DNA from: an uncultured delta proteobacterium
GTDB lineage: Bacteria; Desulfobacterota; Binatia; Binatales; Binataceae
Reading direction: 5' to 3'
Assembly: GCA_963724765.1 (NCBI GenBank)
Contig: CAVRVY010000004.1
Coordinates: 1,440,001 to 1,504,000 of the forward strand
DNA length: 64,000 nucleotides
The translations under genes were made by a program, and so were the position numbers. The notes under the pieces are model-generated. The model did not search any database, was not told the DNA's origin, and saw nothing but the letters and a program-made list of their open reading frames with translations. Shown here one piece after another: positions 8,653 to 18,879 of the stretch; positions within the stretch are counted from its first letter, which is position 1, and each line of letters opens with the position of its first letter.

Positions 8653-9900
8653 GTGGAAGCAGTCGCGCAAAACTCCCCGAAAAATTCCCGTCGCTGGCCG
8701 CCCGAGGGTCTGGGCCGCGTCCCCTACTGGGTCTACAGCGATCCTGAGGTCTATGCCCTGGAGCAGACGCGCATTTTTTCCGGCCCGTACTGGAACTACG
8801 TCGCGCTCGAGGCTGAAATTCCGAAGCCCGGAGATTTTGTCCGCAGCCACGTCGGCGAACGCCCGGTAATCGTGGTGCGCGACAAGCACGGCGGTATCAA
8901 TGTAATGCTCAACCGCTGCGCCCATCGCGGCGTCCAGTTCTGCCGCGCCAACTGGGGCAACACGCGCTCATTCACCTGCCCCTACCACCAGTGGAGCTAC
9001 GATCTGAAGGGCAATCTCACCGGAGTGCCGTTTCGCCGCGGCGTCAACGAGAATGGCGGGATGCCCGGGGATTTCGATCCGTCGCAAAACGGGCTGACGC
9101 GCCTCGAGGTCGCGGCGCGCCACGGCGTGATCTTCGCCAGCTTCGATTCCGCCGTACCGCCGCTGGAGAAGTATCTCGGCCCCGCGATGCTGCCATATTT
9201 CGATCGCGTCTTCGACGGACGCGAGTTGCGCGTGCTCGGCTATTCGCGCCAGCGCATCCCCGCCAACTGGAAGCTGATGTTCGAGAACATCAAGGATCCC
9301 TATCACGCGAGCCTGCTCCACGTGTTCCTGGTCACCTTCGGCTTGTTCCGCGCCGACCAGCCCTCGGCGGTGAAGATGGACTCGAGCGGGATGCATTGCG
9401 TGCTCACCTCCAGCAAGGGCGAACAGAAGCTCAACGCGACCACCAAGGAAATGAAAAACTTCCGCGCCGACTTCAAGCTCAACGACCCGCGGCTACTCGA
9501 CCCGGTGCGCGAGTTTCCCGGCGCGGCCACGGTCGTGATGCAAACGCTGTGGCCCAACATCATCATCCAGCAGCAATCGAACACGCTCGCGATGCGCCAC
9601 CTGGTGCCGCGCGGCCCCGAACTCTTCGACCTGATGTGGACGTTCTTCGGCTATGCGAACGACACGCCTGAAATGACCCAGCGCCGCCTGCGCCAGGCGA
9701 ACCTGATGGGGCCCGCCGGACTGGTTTCGATCGACGACGGCGAGGTGATGGAGTTCTCGCAGCAGGGCGTCCGCCAGCGTCCCGGCGGCGCAGGCATGCT
9801 CGAGATGGGCGGTCGCGGCACGGACGACGAGGATCACATGGTGACCGAGGCGGCGATCCGCGCCTTCTACAAACATTACCGCGCGGTGATGGAGTTCTGA
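8653..9900 (+). CDS. Rieske ring-hydroxylating oxygenase alpha subunit (salicylate 5-hydroxylase/anthranilate dioxygenase-like group)
   Basis: CAHRG...CPYHQW Rieske motif; ENIKDPYHASLLH and IDDGE mononuclear Fe ligands; RQANLMGPAG signature. Confidence 0.93.
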   Translation: MEAVAQNSPKNSRRWPPEGLGRVPYWVYSDPEVYALEQTRIFSGPYWNYVALEAEIPKPGDFVRSHVGERPVIVVRDKHGGINVMLNRCAHRGVQFCRANWGNTRSFTCPYHQWSYDLKGNLTGVPFRRGVNENGGMPGDFDPSQNGLTRLEVAARHGVIFASFDSAVPPLEKYLGPAMLPYFDRVFDGRELRVLGYSRQRIPANWKLMFENIKDPYHASLLHVFLVTFGLFRADQPSAVKMDSSGMHCVLTSSKGEQKLNATTKEMKNFRADFKLNDPRLLDPVREFPGAATVVMQTLWPNIIIQQQSNTLAMRHLVPRGPELFDLMWTFFGYANDTPEMTQRRLRQANLMGPAGLVSIDDGEVMEFSQQGVRQRPGGAGMLEMGGRGTDDEDHMVTEAAIRAFYKHYRAVMEF

Positions 9901-9905
9901 TCCCG

Positions 9906-10400
9906 ATGGCGCGCGCGCAGCAGGACTTGCAAAACTTCGCCTTGCGGCTCGAAATCGAAGAGCTGTTCACCGAGTACGCTCACGCGCTGGACAACGGCGA
10001 GCTGGAGCAGTGGCCGGAGTTTTTCACCGACGATTGCCTCTATCAGATAGTCTCGCGCGAGAATCGTGAGCGCGCTCTGCCGCTCGCGCTGATGCGATGC
10101 GAGAGCAAGGCGATGCTGACCGATCGCGTGGTGACGATCCGCCAAACCCAGATGTTCGCGCCGCGCGCCCTGCGCCACCTGGTCAGTTCGCTCAGGATCG
10201 CACCCGCGACGGCCGACGGTGTCGACGTGCAGGCCAACTACGCCGTGCTGCAAACTCTGGTCGACGACGAAACCCGTATCCTGAGCGCGGGCCGTTATAT
10301 CGATACGCTCGTGCGCGACGGCGACGTGCTCAAATTCAAATCGCGGACCTGCGTGTACGACACCGTCTTGGTGCCGAACTCGCTGATTTATCCTCTATAA
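9906..10400 (+). CDS. Ring-hydroxylating oxygenase beta subunit
   Basis: YAHALDNGELEQWPEFF...RENRERALPL..MLTDRV; ends VYDTVLVPNSLIYPL. Confidence 0.92.
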   Translation: MARAQQDLQNFALRLEIEELFTEYAHALDNGELEQWPEFFTDDCLYQIVSRENRERALPLALMRCESKAMLTDRVVTIRQTQMFAPRALRHLVSSLRIAPATADGVDVQANYAVLQTLVDDETRILSAGRYIDTLVRDGDVLKFKSRTCVYDTVLVPNSLIYPL

Positions 10401-10475
10401 ACGAGCAGCCCCCTATAAGCGACGAACGCCACTGTGAACGATTATGCTATTGCAAATTTCCACTGAGGCGGCGCG

Positions 10476-11477
10476 ATGAACGTTCAGGCGCTATGGATAA
10501 CGGAGGCGGAGGTCGCCGCGCTCGTCGACATGGGCGATGCGATCGCGGCGCTGGAACGTGGGCTCTCGGCGGAGGCTGCGAGCGCCGCTGTCAACATGGT
10601 AAAGACTCATACCACGTTCGGCCATGACGACACGTTGCACGCGATCGGCGCAACGATGCTCGCCGAGGGCGTGGTCGGCACCAAGACCTGGGCACACACC
10701 GAGGGCGGCGCGAATCCGCTGCTGATCCTGTTCGACGCGCGCAACGGCCAGCTAATTGCAGTGATCGAAGCGTTCGCGCTGGGACAGTTGCGCACCGCGG
10801 CAATCAGCGGGCTCGCCACACGATGGCTCTCCGCGCCGGGAGCCTCCGAAATGGCGCTCATCGGCACGGGCAAACAGGCGCTCGCGCAGGTCGCGGCGAT
10901 CGCCGCGGTGCGCAAGCTGCGGCGCGTGCGGGTGGCCAGCCGCAATCCCGAAAACGCCGCGGCCTTCGCCAAGCGCGCGAGCGCGGAATTGAAATTGGAA
11001 GTCGAACCCGCCGCCACTATCGCCGCCGCCGTGAAGGACGCTGATATTATAACTTTGGTCACGCGCGCGACCGCGCCCTTTTTGCAATCCGCGATGGTCG
11101 CGCCGGGAGCGCATATCAATGCGGTCGGGGCCGTCGTGCCCGAGCGCGCAGAGTTCGAGCCGTCGATGCTCGCGCGATGCGCCGTCGTGGCGGCCGACAC
11201 CGTGCCAGGAGTGCGCGGCCTCTCGCGCGAATTCATCGAGTTCTTCGGCAACGACGATCGCGCGTGGGACGCCGTGCTCGCGCTCAGCCGCGTGATAGCG
11301 GCGGGCAAAGGTCGCCCAGCGGGAGCGGACCTGACGCTGTTCAAGGCGATGGGTATGGGAATTTCGGATCTCTCGATCGGCGTCGAAGTTCTGCGCCGCG
11401 CGCGCGCCAACAGCGTCGGACGGCCATTGGCTCCAACGCTTCGGGCCAAGCCGCGGCTCGGCGGCGGAAAAGCATAA
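10476..11477 (+). CDS. Ornithine cyclodeaminase/mu-crystallin family protein (imine reductase-like)
   Basis: LGQLRTAAISG, IGTGKQA, HINAVGA, LFKAMGMGISDL. Confidence 0.88.
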   Translation: MNVQALWITEAEVAALVDMGDAIAALERGLSAEAASAAVNMVKTHTTFGHDDTLHAIGATMLAEGVVGTKTWAHTEGGANPLLILFDARNGQLIAVIEAFALGQLRTAAISGLATRWLSAPGASEMALIGTGKQALAQVAAIAAVRKLRRVRVASRNPENAAAFAKRASAELKLEVEPAATIAAAVKDADIITLVTRATAPFLQSAMVAPGAHINAVGAVVPERAEFEPSMLARCAVVAADTVPGVRGLSREFIEFFGNDDRAWDAVLALSRVIAAGKGRPAGADLTLFKAMGMGISDLSIGVEVLRRARANSVGRPLAPTLRAKPRLGGGKA

Positions 11478-11533
11478 ACCGGCGCCGGCTCACAGAATTC
11501 GGCGTCTAAAAATTCAAGTGCGAGGCAATACCA

Positions 11534-12622
11534 ATGAGCGAAAACAAATTCCGATTCGTCGATCGCAGCGGTTACGTCACTCCCAAGCTTGATCTGTGGC
11601 CATCGATCGTCATCTCCAAGGAAGAGATCGAAGCCGAGGTGAATCGGCTGGCGAGCCTGCCGCCACCGGCCAATGGACGGCGCCGCTCGCTCATCGTTCA
11701 TCCCAACGAAAACGGCACCGGCCTTGCCCCCGGCATCCAGGTCGCGCTCGACGTGCTCAAGCCGGGCGAGCGCACCAAGCCGATCCGCCACAACTCCTCG
11801 CAGGTCAACTTCTGCATCCGCGGCCGCGGACATGCGGTGGTCAACGGCAGGCAAATCAACTTCAGCCAGTACGACGTCTGGAACACGCCCTCGCTGAACG
11901 TCTACCAAAACTTCAACGATAGCGACGAGGTGCAGGTGCGGTTGACTTACAGCAACGCCGCGCTGCTGGAAAAGATGAACGCGCATATCGTCGAGGAAAA
12001 TCCGCCGGCCGAAGAGATCAAGGGCGAGGCCCCGTCCGGCGAGCCTGACGCGCGCCACGTCAACCCGTTCGGCACCTTCGCACTCAACAACGATGGCGCG
12101 TACCTGCTGCCCTACGAAAAGCTGATAAGTCCCGACGTGATCGAATCGCCCGTGCTGTTCTGGCCATGGCGTCAGGTCAAGGAGCATCTCGACAAGTTGC
12201 AGGCGCTCGGTTCGTCCTACGTCGGACGGCGCCTATACCTGCTGTATAACCCGGCCACCGGACGCACCAACGGCACGACGCACAACTTTTTCGCGACCAT
12301 GACTGTGCGTCCGCCGCACATCGTCGACAAACCGCATCGCCACGCCGCCGCCGCCATCAATTACTATTTCTCGGGCAGCGGCTACAGCACGGTGCAGGGC
12401 AAGGTACTGCCGTGGAAAGCGGGCGACCTGATGCTGTCGGCGCCGGGCTGGGCGGTCCACAATCACGCCTCGAACGACGAGCCAGTGTACGAACTGACTA
12501 TCCAGGACAGTCCGCTCCACATCGCGATGGATTCGCTGATGTGGCAGGAAGATCTGAAACATCCGGCACGCCTGTTGGGCTCGAGCTACGGCTTCGACAC
12601 CAACCGGGTCAAGGTCGCCTAG
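11534..12622 (+). CDS. Bicupin ring-cleaving dioxygenase (gentisate/1-hydroxy-2-naphthoate 1,2-dioxygenase-like)
   Basis: Two cupin repeats (LKPGERTKPIRHNS; PHRHAAAAINY..GSGYS..WKAGDL..PGWAVHNH..IQDSPL). Confidence 0.8.
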   Translation: MSENKFRFVDRSGYVTPKLDLWPSIVISKEEIEAEVNRLASLPPPANGRRRSLIVHPNENGTGLAPGIQVALDVLKPGERTKPIRHNSSQVNFCIRGRGHAVVNGRQINFSQYDVWNTPSLNVYQNFNDSDEVQVRLTYSNAALLEKMNAHIVEENPPAEEIKGEAPSGEPDARHVNPFGTFALNNDGAYLLPYEKLISPDVIESPVLFWPWRQVKEHLDKLQALGSSYVGRRLYLLYNPATGRTNGTTHNFFATMTVRPPHIVDKPHRHAAAAINYYFSGSGYSTVQGKVLPWKAGDLMLSAPGWAVHNHASNDEPVYELTIQDSPLHIAMDSLMWQEDLKHPARLLGSSYGFDTNRVKVA

Positions 12623-12626
12623 CGTT

Positions 12627-13538
12627 ATGCTGGCGCTTAACCGGAATTTTCTTCGCGGCTCCTACCCTCCGCTGGTCACGCCGTTTCGCGGCGGCGCCGT
12701 GGAATACGACGCGTATGCGCGGATGGTCGCGCGACAGGTGGCCGAAGGCTCGCACGGAATCGTCGTCAACGGCACAACCGCCGAGCCGAGCACGCTCAGC
12801 ATCGACGAGCGCAACGAGTTGGTGCGGCTCGCGGTGCAAACCGCGCGCGGCCGCATCCCAGTCGTCGCCGCCACCGGCTCGCAATCGCATGCCGACACGA
12901 TTGAGCTCACCGCCGCCGCGCAAGAAGCGGGCGCCGACGCGGTCCTGGTCGTGACGCCATACTTCATCCGGCCGCCGCAGCGCGGCCTGGTCGAATACTA
13001 TGTCGATATCGGCCGGCGGACGCGGCTGCCGATGCTCATCTACCACATACCCGGACGCGCGGCGGTGAACGTCGAGGCCGCCACCATCGAGCGCATCGCC
13101 GAGCGCACCCCCAACCTGGTCGGGATGAAGCACGCGGCCAACGATCTCGCGCTGGTCACCCAGGTGCTCGCGCGGATGGGCAACGATTTCCGCATCTTCG
13201 TCGGATTGGAAGAGCTGAGTTTTCCGATGATGGCGATCGGCGCGTGCGGCCTGATGAATGCCGCGGGCAACTTGAAACCCGGGGCGCTCGCGCAGATGTG
13301 CGAGGACGTATTCGCCGAGCGTCTCGCGCCGGCACGCACCGCGCACGACGCGCTGTTCGAGCTCAACCAGGCGATCTTCTTCGACACCAATCCCACGCCG
13401 CTCAAATACATGATGAAACGGATGGGGCTGCTCGAAACCGAGGAACATCGTCTGCCGATGATGCCGGCGACGCCGGAGCTCGCCGCGCGGCTTGACGGCG
13501 TGCTTACGCGAGCCGGCCTGATTGGAGCAAATGCCTGA
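12627..13538 (+). CDS. DapA/NAL-family class I aldolase or hydratase-aldolase
   Basis: PLVTPF, GTTAE, YHIPGR, GMKHA (Schiff-base Lys), TNPTPLK. The catabolic context argues against DHDPS. Confidence 0.85.
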   Translation: MLALNRNFLRGSYPPLVTPFRGGAVEYDAYARMVARQVAEGSHGIVVNGTTAEPSTLSIDERNELVRLAVQTARGRIPVVAATGSQSHADTIELTAAAQEAGADAVLVVTPYFIRPPQRGLVEYYVDIGRRTRLPMLIYHIPGRAAVNVEAATIERIAERTPNLVGMKHAANDLALVTQVLARMGNDFRIFVGLEELSFPMMAIGACGLMNAAGNLKPGALAQMCEDVFAERLAPARTAHDALFELNQAIFFDTNPTPLKYMMKRMGLLETEEHRLPMMPATPELAARLDGVLTRAGLIGANA

Positions 13539-13569
13539 TCGGGGCAAATGCGTGATTGGAGTGAGTTGA

Positions 13570-14703
13570 ATGAGCAGGGACAAAGGCGCGGACGAACCTC
13601 GGCGCAAAACCAATCCGCTCTTCAACGACCGCAAGCTCAAGCTCGGCACGTTCTCGAGCAACCTGAGCCACGGATGCGCGATCACCACGATCGATGGCGT
13701 GCTGAAGGCCGACTGGCAGAGCACGCTCACGCTGGCACGGCTCGCGGATGAGATGGAGTTCGAGGCCCTGGTGCCGGTCGGCCGCTGGAAGGGCTTCGGC
13801 GGCGTGACGAATTTCAATGGCGCCGGCTTCGAGCCGTACACCTGGGCCGCCGCGATCGGCGCCGCGACAAAATATCCAGCCGTCTTCGCGACCTCGCACG
13901 TGCCGACGATGCATCCGATCATGGCCGCCAAGCAGGCGACGACCATCGATCACGTCACCGGCGGCCGCTTCGCGCTCAACGTCGTCACCGGATGGTTTCT
14001 GCCGGAGATCGAGATGTTCGGCGCGCCGCAGATGGATCACGATCTTCGGTACGATTGCGCAGTCGAGTGGCTCGACATCATCAAGCGCCTCTGGACCGAG
14101 GACGAGGAATTCGACTACAGCGGCAAGTACTACCAGATTAAAAAGGGGATTCTGCGTCCCAAGCCGATCCAGGCGCCATATCCGGTCGTCATGAATGCGG
14201 GCGGTTCGGACAAGGGGCGGCACTACGCGGCCAAATATTGCGACGTGGCGTTCGTCATTTTCGATCCCGACGATGCCGCCGGCGCCAGAGCCCGAGTCAG
14301 GAGCTATCGGGAACTTGCGCAGCGGGAATACGGCCGCGACCTCCAGTTGTGGACCGCCGCCTACGTGGTCCAGGGAGAGACGGAAAAGGCGGCCCGGGAT
14401 TTCTTCGATTACTACGTCCATCAAAAAGGCGATTGGGTCGCGGTGACCAACCTGGTCGAAACCATGGGCATCAACGCGAAAATTCTGCCGCCTGAGACGT
14501 TGCGATCGATGAAGACCCACTTCATCGCGGGATGGGGCGGCTATCCGCTCGTCGGCACCAACGAACAGATCGTCGAAGGGCTGGAGCGGCTATCCGAGAT
14601 GGGTCTCGATGGCGCGGTGCTTTCGTGGCCGCGTTATATCGAGGGTATGCGGCAATTCAAACAGGAAATCATGCCGCTCGTGAGGCAGGCTGGGCTTCGT
14701 TAG
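13570..14703 (+). CDS. LLM-class flavin-dependent monooxygenase (RutA/SfnG-like)
   Basis: PVGRWKGFGG, HPIMAAKQATTIDHVTGGRFALNVVTGW, MNAGGSDKG. Confidence 0.88.
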   Translation: MSRDKGADEPRRKTNPLFNDRKLKLGTFSSNLSHGCAITTIDGVLKADWQSTLTLARLADEMEFEALVPVGRWKGFGGVTNFNGAGFEPYTWAAAIGAATKYPAVFATSHVPTMHPIMAAKQATTIDHVTGGRFALNVVTGWFLPEIEMFGAPQMDHDLRYDCAVEWLDIIKRLWTEDEEFDYSGKYYQIKKGILRPKPIQAPYPVVMNAGGSDKGRHYAAKYCDVAFVIFDPDDAAGARARVRSYRELAQREYGRDLQLWTAAYVVQGETEKAARDFFDYYVHQKGDWVAVTNLVETMGINAKILPPETLRSMKTHFIAGWGGYPLVGTNEQIVEGLERLSEMGLDGAVLSWPRYIEGMRQFKQEIMPLVRQAGLR

Positions 14704-14727
14704 AACGCGCGCAAGGAGAAATTTCGG

Positions 14728-16233
14728 ATGTCTGACGCGAGCCAACAAACGCAACCGTCGCAACCATCAATCGACCAAAGAGAACTGGTCGCTTCAATTC
14801 CGCGCGACCTCTACTACTCGGGCGGCTGGCACGCCGCCGCCGAGGGCGCTCGCACCGAGGTCTGGAGCCCCTCGACGGGACAATCGCTGGGCAAGGTCGC
14901 GTGGGCCGGAGCGGAGGATGTCGATCGCGCCGTGCGCGCGGCACATGCGGCGTTCTTCCAGTGGCGGGACGTGAAGCCGCTCGAGCGCGCGAAAATCCTG
15001 CGCGAGGTCGCTGCGCTGCTGCGCCGGCACGGACGCGAACTCGCGCTCATCGACGCCGCCGATTGCGGCAACCCGATCGCCGAGATGATAAACGACTCGG
15101 CCATCGGGGCCGCCAGCGTGGAATACTTCGCCGGCCTGGTCTCCGAGGTCAGAGGCAGCACCATCCCGATGGGCCCCGGCGTGCTGAACTACACGCTGCG
15201 CGAGCCTTTGGGAGTGATCGCTCGTATCAACGCATTCAACCATCCATTGTTGTTCGCCGCGATGCGCACTGGCGCACCGCTCGCCACCGGCAACACCCTG
15301 ATCGTCAAGCCGCCCGAACAGGCGCCGCTATCCTCACTGCGATTCGCGGAGCTTGTCGGACCGCTTTTTCCGTCCGGCGTGTTCTCCGTGCTTCCGGGCG
15401 GGCGCGAGTGCGGCGCCGCACTGACGGCGCATCCGTTGGTCGCGAAGGTTGGGCTTATCGGTTCGGTACCGACGGGAAAAGCGATCATGCGGGCGTCGGC
15501 CGATTCGCTCAAGAAGGTGGCGCTCGAACTCGGCGGCAAGAATGCGCTGATTGCCTATCCTGACGCCAACCCCGACAAAGTGGCCGCCGGAATCATCCGC
15601 GGGATGAACTTCACCTGGTGCGGTCAATCCTGCGGCTCGACCAGCCGCGCCTTCGTGCACGAGACGATCCACGACGCGGTGCTGGAGCGTGTGGTCGCCG
15701 CGGCACGCGCGATAAAACCCGGCATCCCTACCGAACAGAGCACCGCGATGGGCAGTCTGATTAGCAAGGAGCAGTTCGACAAGGTCACGCGCTACATCGG
15801 TTACGGCGTCGAGGACGGCGCGCGGCTGGTCGCCGGTGGCAAATCGCCGCAGGATGCGCATCTCAGCAAGGGCTTCTTCATCGAGCCGACCATTTTCGCC
15901 GACGTCACGTCGAAGATGCGAATTGCACGCGAGGAAATCTTCGGCCCGGTGCTCAGCGTGTTTCGATGGTCGGATGAAGCCGAGATGCTGCGGGCCGTCA
16001 ATGACGTCGAATATGGTCTGACGGCTTCGATCTGGACGCGCGACCTTGCCACCGCGCATCGTACCGCCGCGCGCGTCGAAGCCGGCTACGTATGGGTCAA
16101 CTCATCGAGCGCCCATTATCTGGCCGCCCCGTTCGGCGGTTATAAGCAGTCGGGCGTGGGCCGGGAAGAGTCGATCGAAGAAATGATGGACGCCACGCAA
16201 ATCAAGAACGTGCACGTCGAGTTCGATGCCTGA
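14728..16233 (+). CDS. Aldehyde dehydrogenase, PhdK (2-carboxybenzaldehyde dehydrogenase)-like
   Basis: LELGGKN, GMNFTWCGQSCGSTSR (resembles the PhdK subfamily), EEIFGPV, PFGGYKQSG. Confidence 0.88.
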   Translation: MSDASQQTQPSQPSIDQRELVASIPRDLYYSGGWHAAAEGARTEVWSPSTGQSLGKVAWAGAEDVDRAVRAAHAAFFQWRDVKPLERAKILREVAALLRRHGRELALIDAADCGNPIAEMINDSAIGAASVEYFAGLVSEVRGSTIPMGPGVLNYTLREPLGVIARINAFNHPLLFAAMRTGAPLATGNTLIVKPPEQAPLSSLRFAELVGPLFPSGVFSVLPGGRECGAALTAHPLVAKVGLIGSVPTGKAIMRASADSLKKVALELGGKNALIAYPDANPDKVAAGIIRGMNFTWCGQSCGSTSRAFVHETIHDAVLERVVAAARAIKPGIPTEQSTAMGSLISKEQFDKVTRYIGYGVEDGARLVAGGKSPQDAHLSKGFFIEPTIFADVTSKMRIAREEIFGPVLSVFRWSDEAEMLRAVNDVEYGLTASIWTRDLATAHRTAARVEAGYVWVNSSSAHYLAAPFGGYKQSGVGREESIEEMMDATQIKNVHVEFDA

Positions 16234-16978
16234 CGCTGGCGTGCCGGCGCTGGAGAACGCCTCGGACGTGATCGTCGAGCTTGTAGCGGCGAACCATATC
16301 CTGTTCGACCAGGGCGTGGTCGACGGATTCGGGCATGTCAGCGTCCGCCATCCGACGGAGAGTGGCCGGTTCCTGCTAGCGCGCAGTATCGCGCCGGCGC
16401 TCGTCATGGCGGCCGACATCATGGAGTTCGACCTCGACGGGAATCCACTCGACGCCGGCGGCCGCGCGGTCTATCTCGAGCGCTTCATCCATAGCGAAAT
16501 CTACCGCACGCGGCCGGACGCAGGCGCGGTGGTCCATAGTCATTCGCCGGCGGTCGTGCCCTTCAGCGTGGCTAAACACGTGCCGCTGCGTGCCGTCTGG
16601 CATCTCGGGGGAGTTCTGGGCGAAGGCTGTCCGGTCTTTGAGATCCGTACGGCCGCCGGGCCGGCGACCGATATGCTAATCCGCGATCGCGGCCTGGGAG
16701 CAGCCCTGGCCAAATCGCTCGGGCGAGGATCGGTGGTGCTGATGCGCGGACACGGCTGCACGGTTGTGGGATCGACCGTGCGCCACGCGGTTTTCAACGC
16801 GGTCTATACGGAGGTAAGCGCCGCGCTGCAGTCCGAGGCAATGCGATTAGGCACCGTGATCTATCTTACGCGCGAGGAGGCTGAAGCCGCCGCGGCCTGC
16901 AACGCCGCGCAGATCGATCGGTCCTGGGAGTTGTGGAGAATGCGAGCGGAGCGCCAACGGCTTCAGCCCCAGACCTGA
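16226..16978 (+). CDS. Class II aldolase/adducin-fold protein resembling 3-hydroxy-2-methylpyridine-4,5-dicarboxylate decarboxylase
   Basis: DGFGHVSVR, YLERFIHSEIY, VHSHSP, LMRGHG, C-terminal AQIDRSWELW. Confidence 0.8.
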   Translation: MPDAGVPALENASDVIVELVAANHILFDQGVVDGFGHVSVRHPTESGRFLLARSIAPALVMAADIMEFDLDGNPLDAGGRAVYLERFIHSEIYRTRPDAGAVVHSHSPAVVPFSVAKHVPLRAVWHLGGVLGEGCPVFEIRTAAGPATDMLIRDRGLGAALAKSLGRGSVVLMRGHGCTVVGSTVRHAVFNAVYTEVSAALQSEAMRLGTVIYLTREEAEAAAACNAAQIDRSWELWRMRAERQRLQPQT

Positions 16979-18114
16979 CGCGCCGTTTCTACGATCAGTT
17001 CCAGCTTGCGCTTTTGATCGTCCTCGCTGACCAGATTGCCGACGAACTCCGAAGCGAAGCCGCACTGCGGGCTCAACGCCAGTTGTTCGAGCGCGACGTA
17101 GTGGCTGGCTTCGTCGATTCGCCGCTTCAGATCGTCAATCGTTTCAAGTTGCGCCACCTTGGTGCTGACCAACCCGAGCACAATCGTCTTGCCGCTGGGC
17201 ACGAAGCGCAGCGGTTCGAAGCCGCCGGCGCGCGGCGAATCGTACTCGAGCAGGAAGCGATCGTGGTTCAGTTCGTTGAACAGCATCTCCGCGATCGCGT
17301 CGTAAGCGCCCTCGCGATGCCACATGCTGCGCTGGTTTCCGCGGCACAAATGAATTCCGAAGGTCACATCGCCGAAGCCGCGGATCAGATCGTTGTCGGC
17401 TCTGAGCGAACGCTTGAAATTGAGTATCGGATCTTCACCGCGTTCTCGCATCGCGTCGAGTGACGGACCGTCTACGTAGGCGGTGTAGCCGGGCGCATCG
17501 ATATGAACGTAGCGGCATCCCGCGGCGGCGAGGCCCGCGATCATCGCGCGCTCGACCTCGACCACATCGGCGAGAAAATTCTCCATCGCCGGGTAAACAT
17601 GCGCGGAGTTGGCAAGGTCGACGCGCTGCGAAATGCGATCGGGTCCGATCAATGTAACCTTGACCGGCTTGCGCGCGACCGCGGCCGCGTAGCCGTACTC
17701 CTCGAGCACCAGGTTGCGCCTAAGCCGCAGCCGCTCGACCACGCGCTGGCGCTGCACCACGGGCGTTCCCTTGCGCTGTTCAACGCCGAGCGGAAGCTCG
17801 AAACGCTGGAGCGGTTTCGCTCTCGAAGTCCGCTGGTCGTAGAAATCGAGCGTCGCCTGTCCGCGGTCGTAGCCCGAAACCGCTTCGCCGAAGCTGTCCT
17901 GGAAATTGAGCCGGCGAAACTCGCCGTCGGTGACGACGTCGAGTCCGATCTGCTCCTGCAAGCGGATCGCGCGATCGACGGATTCGTTTTCGGCCGCGCG
18001 AAATTCGAGCGCGTCGATCTCGCCGCGCTCGTAGCGAAGCCGGGCCTGCCCCAGCGCCTCGGGCCGCAGCAGGCTGCCGACGACGTCGGTGCGGATGCGG
18101 CCGAAGCGATTCAT
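16963..18114 (-). CDS. Single-barrel cobalamin-independent methionine synthase II-like (MetE-core) protein
   Basis: VVGSLLRP, TDGEFRR, Zn ligands HLCRGN, LLEYD and PQCGFAS. Confidence 0.88.
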   Translation of the reverse strand: MNRFGRIRTDVVGSLLRPEALGQARLRYERGEIDALEFRAAENESVDRAIRLQEQIGLDVVTDGEFRRLNFQDSFGEAVSGYDRGQATLDFYDQRTSRAKPLQRFELPLGVEQRKGTPVVQRQRVVERLRLRRNLVLEEYGYAAAVARKPVKVTLIGPDRISQRVDLANSAHVYPAMENFLADVVEVERAMIAGLAAAGCRYVHIDAPGYTAYVDGPSLDAMRERGEDPILNFKRSLRADNDLIRGFGDVTFGIHLCRGNQRSMWHREGAYDAIAEMLFNELNHDRFLLEYDSPRAGGFEPLRFVPSGKTIVLGLVSTKVAQLETIDDLKRRIDEASHYVALEQLALSPQCGFASEFVGNLVSEDDQKRKLELIVETARQVWG

Positions 18115-18879
18115 CTAGATGAACGCAAGGCCACCATCGCAGTTGATCGTCTGGCCGGTGATGAAGCCGGCGTCGTCCGAAGCGAGGAATGCCGCCACGC
18201 CGACCAGGTCCGCCGGCGTTTCGTGATGCTTGAGGCACTGCGCCTTGAGCATCGCCTCCTTCTGTTCCGGGGTGACGGTGGCACGCGCGATCTCGGTGTA
18301 AACCGGTCCCGGCGTGATCGCATTGACGCGCACGTTGAACTCGCCGAGCTCGCGCGCCATCGCACGCGTCAGGCCGAGCACTCCGGCCTTGGACGCCATG
18401 TAGTGCGCGTAGCCCGGACGGGCCAGCATATAGGCCGCCGACGAGATGTTCACGATCGCCCCGCTCTTCTGCTCGCGCATCGGTGCGCTGCACGCCTTGC
18501 CCGCGAGCCACACGCCCTTGAGGTTGACCGCCATCAGGCCGTCCCATTCGGCGACGCTCATTTCCCAAAACGGCTTCATCTGGATGGTCGAGAAAATCGC
18601 CGCGTTGTCGATCAGCACGTCGACGTGGCCGAACGCTTTCAGCGCCTCGTCGACCATCTGCTTGCACGACGGCTCGCTGGAGACGTCGGTGGTGCAAAAG
18701 ATAGCGTTGGCGCCGGAGTCGGTGACCTCGGCCAGCACGCCGCGGCCCTTGTCCGCGTTGACGTCGGCCAGCACCACGTTGCATCCCTCGTCGCGGAACC
18801 GGCGCGTGTACGCGCGTCCGATACCTTGAGCGGCGCCAGTCACGATTACGGTTTTGCCTGCCAATCCGTTTAGAGGCAT
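18115..18879 (-). CDS. Classical SDR oxidoreductase
   Basis: TGAAQGIG, NISS, YMASK, VNAITPG. Confidence 0.92.
   Translation of the reverse strand: MPLNGLAGKTVIVTGAAQGIGRAYTRRFRDEGCNVVLADVNADKGRGVLAEVTDSGANAIFCTTDVSSEPSCKQMVDEALKAFGHVDVLIDNAAIFSTIQMKPFWEMSVAEWDGLMAVNLKGVWLAGKACSAPMREQKSGAIVNISSAAYMLARPGYAHYMASKAGVLGLTRAMARELGEFNVRVNAITPGPVYTEIARATVTPEQKEAMLKAQCLKHHETPADLVGVAAFLASDDAGFITGQTINCDGGLAFI

Noticed and set aside
12627-13538. Calling this gene dapA
   Set aside because: It sits in a catabolic operon and has GTTAE/YHIPGR variants; a catabolic aldolase is more likely.
10607-13946. Long antisense ORFs (526 aa and 445 aa)
   Set aside because: Shadows of well-supported genes in GC-rich DNA, with no recognisable motifs.
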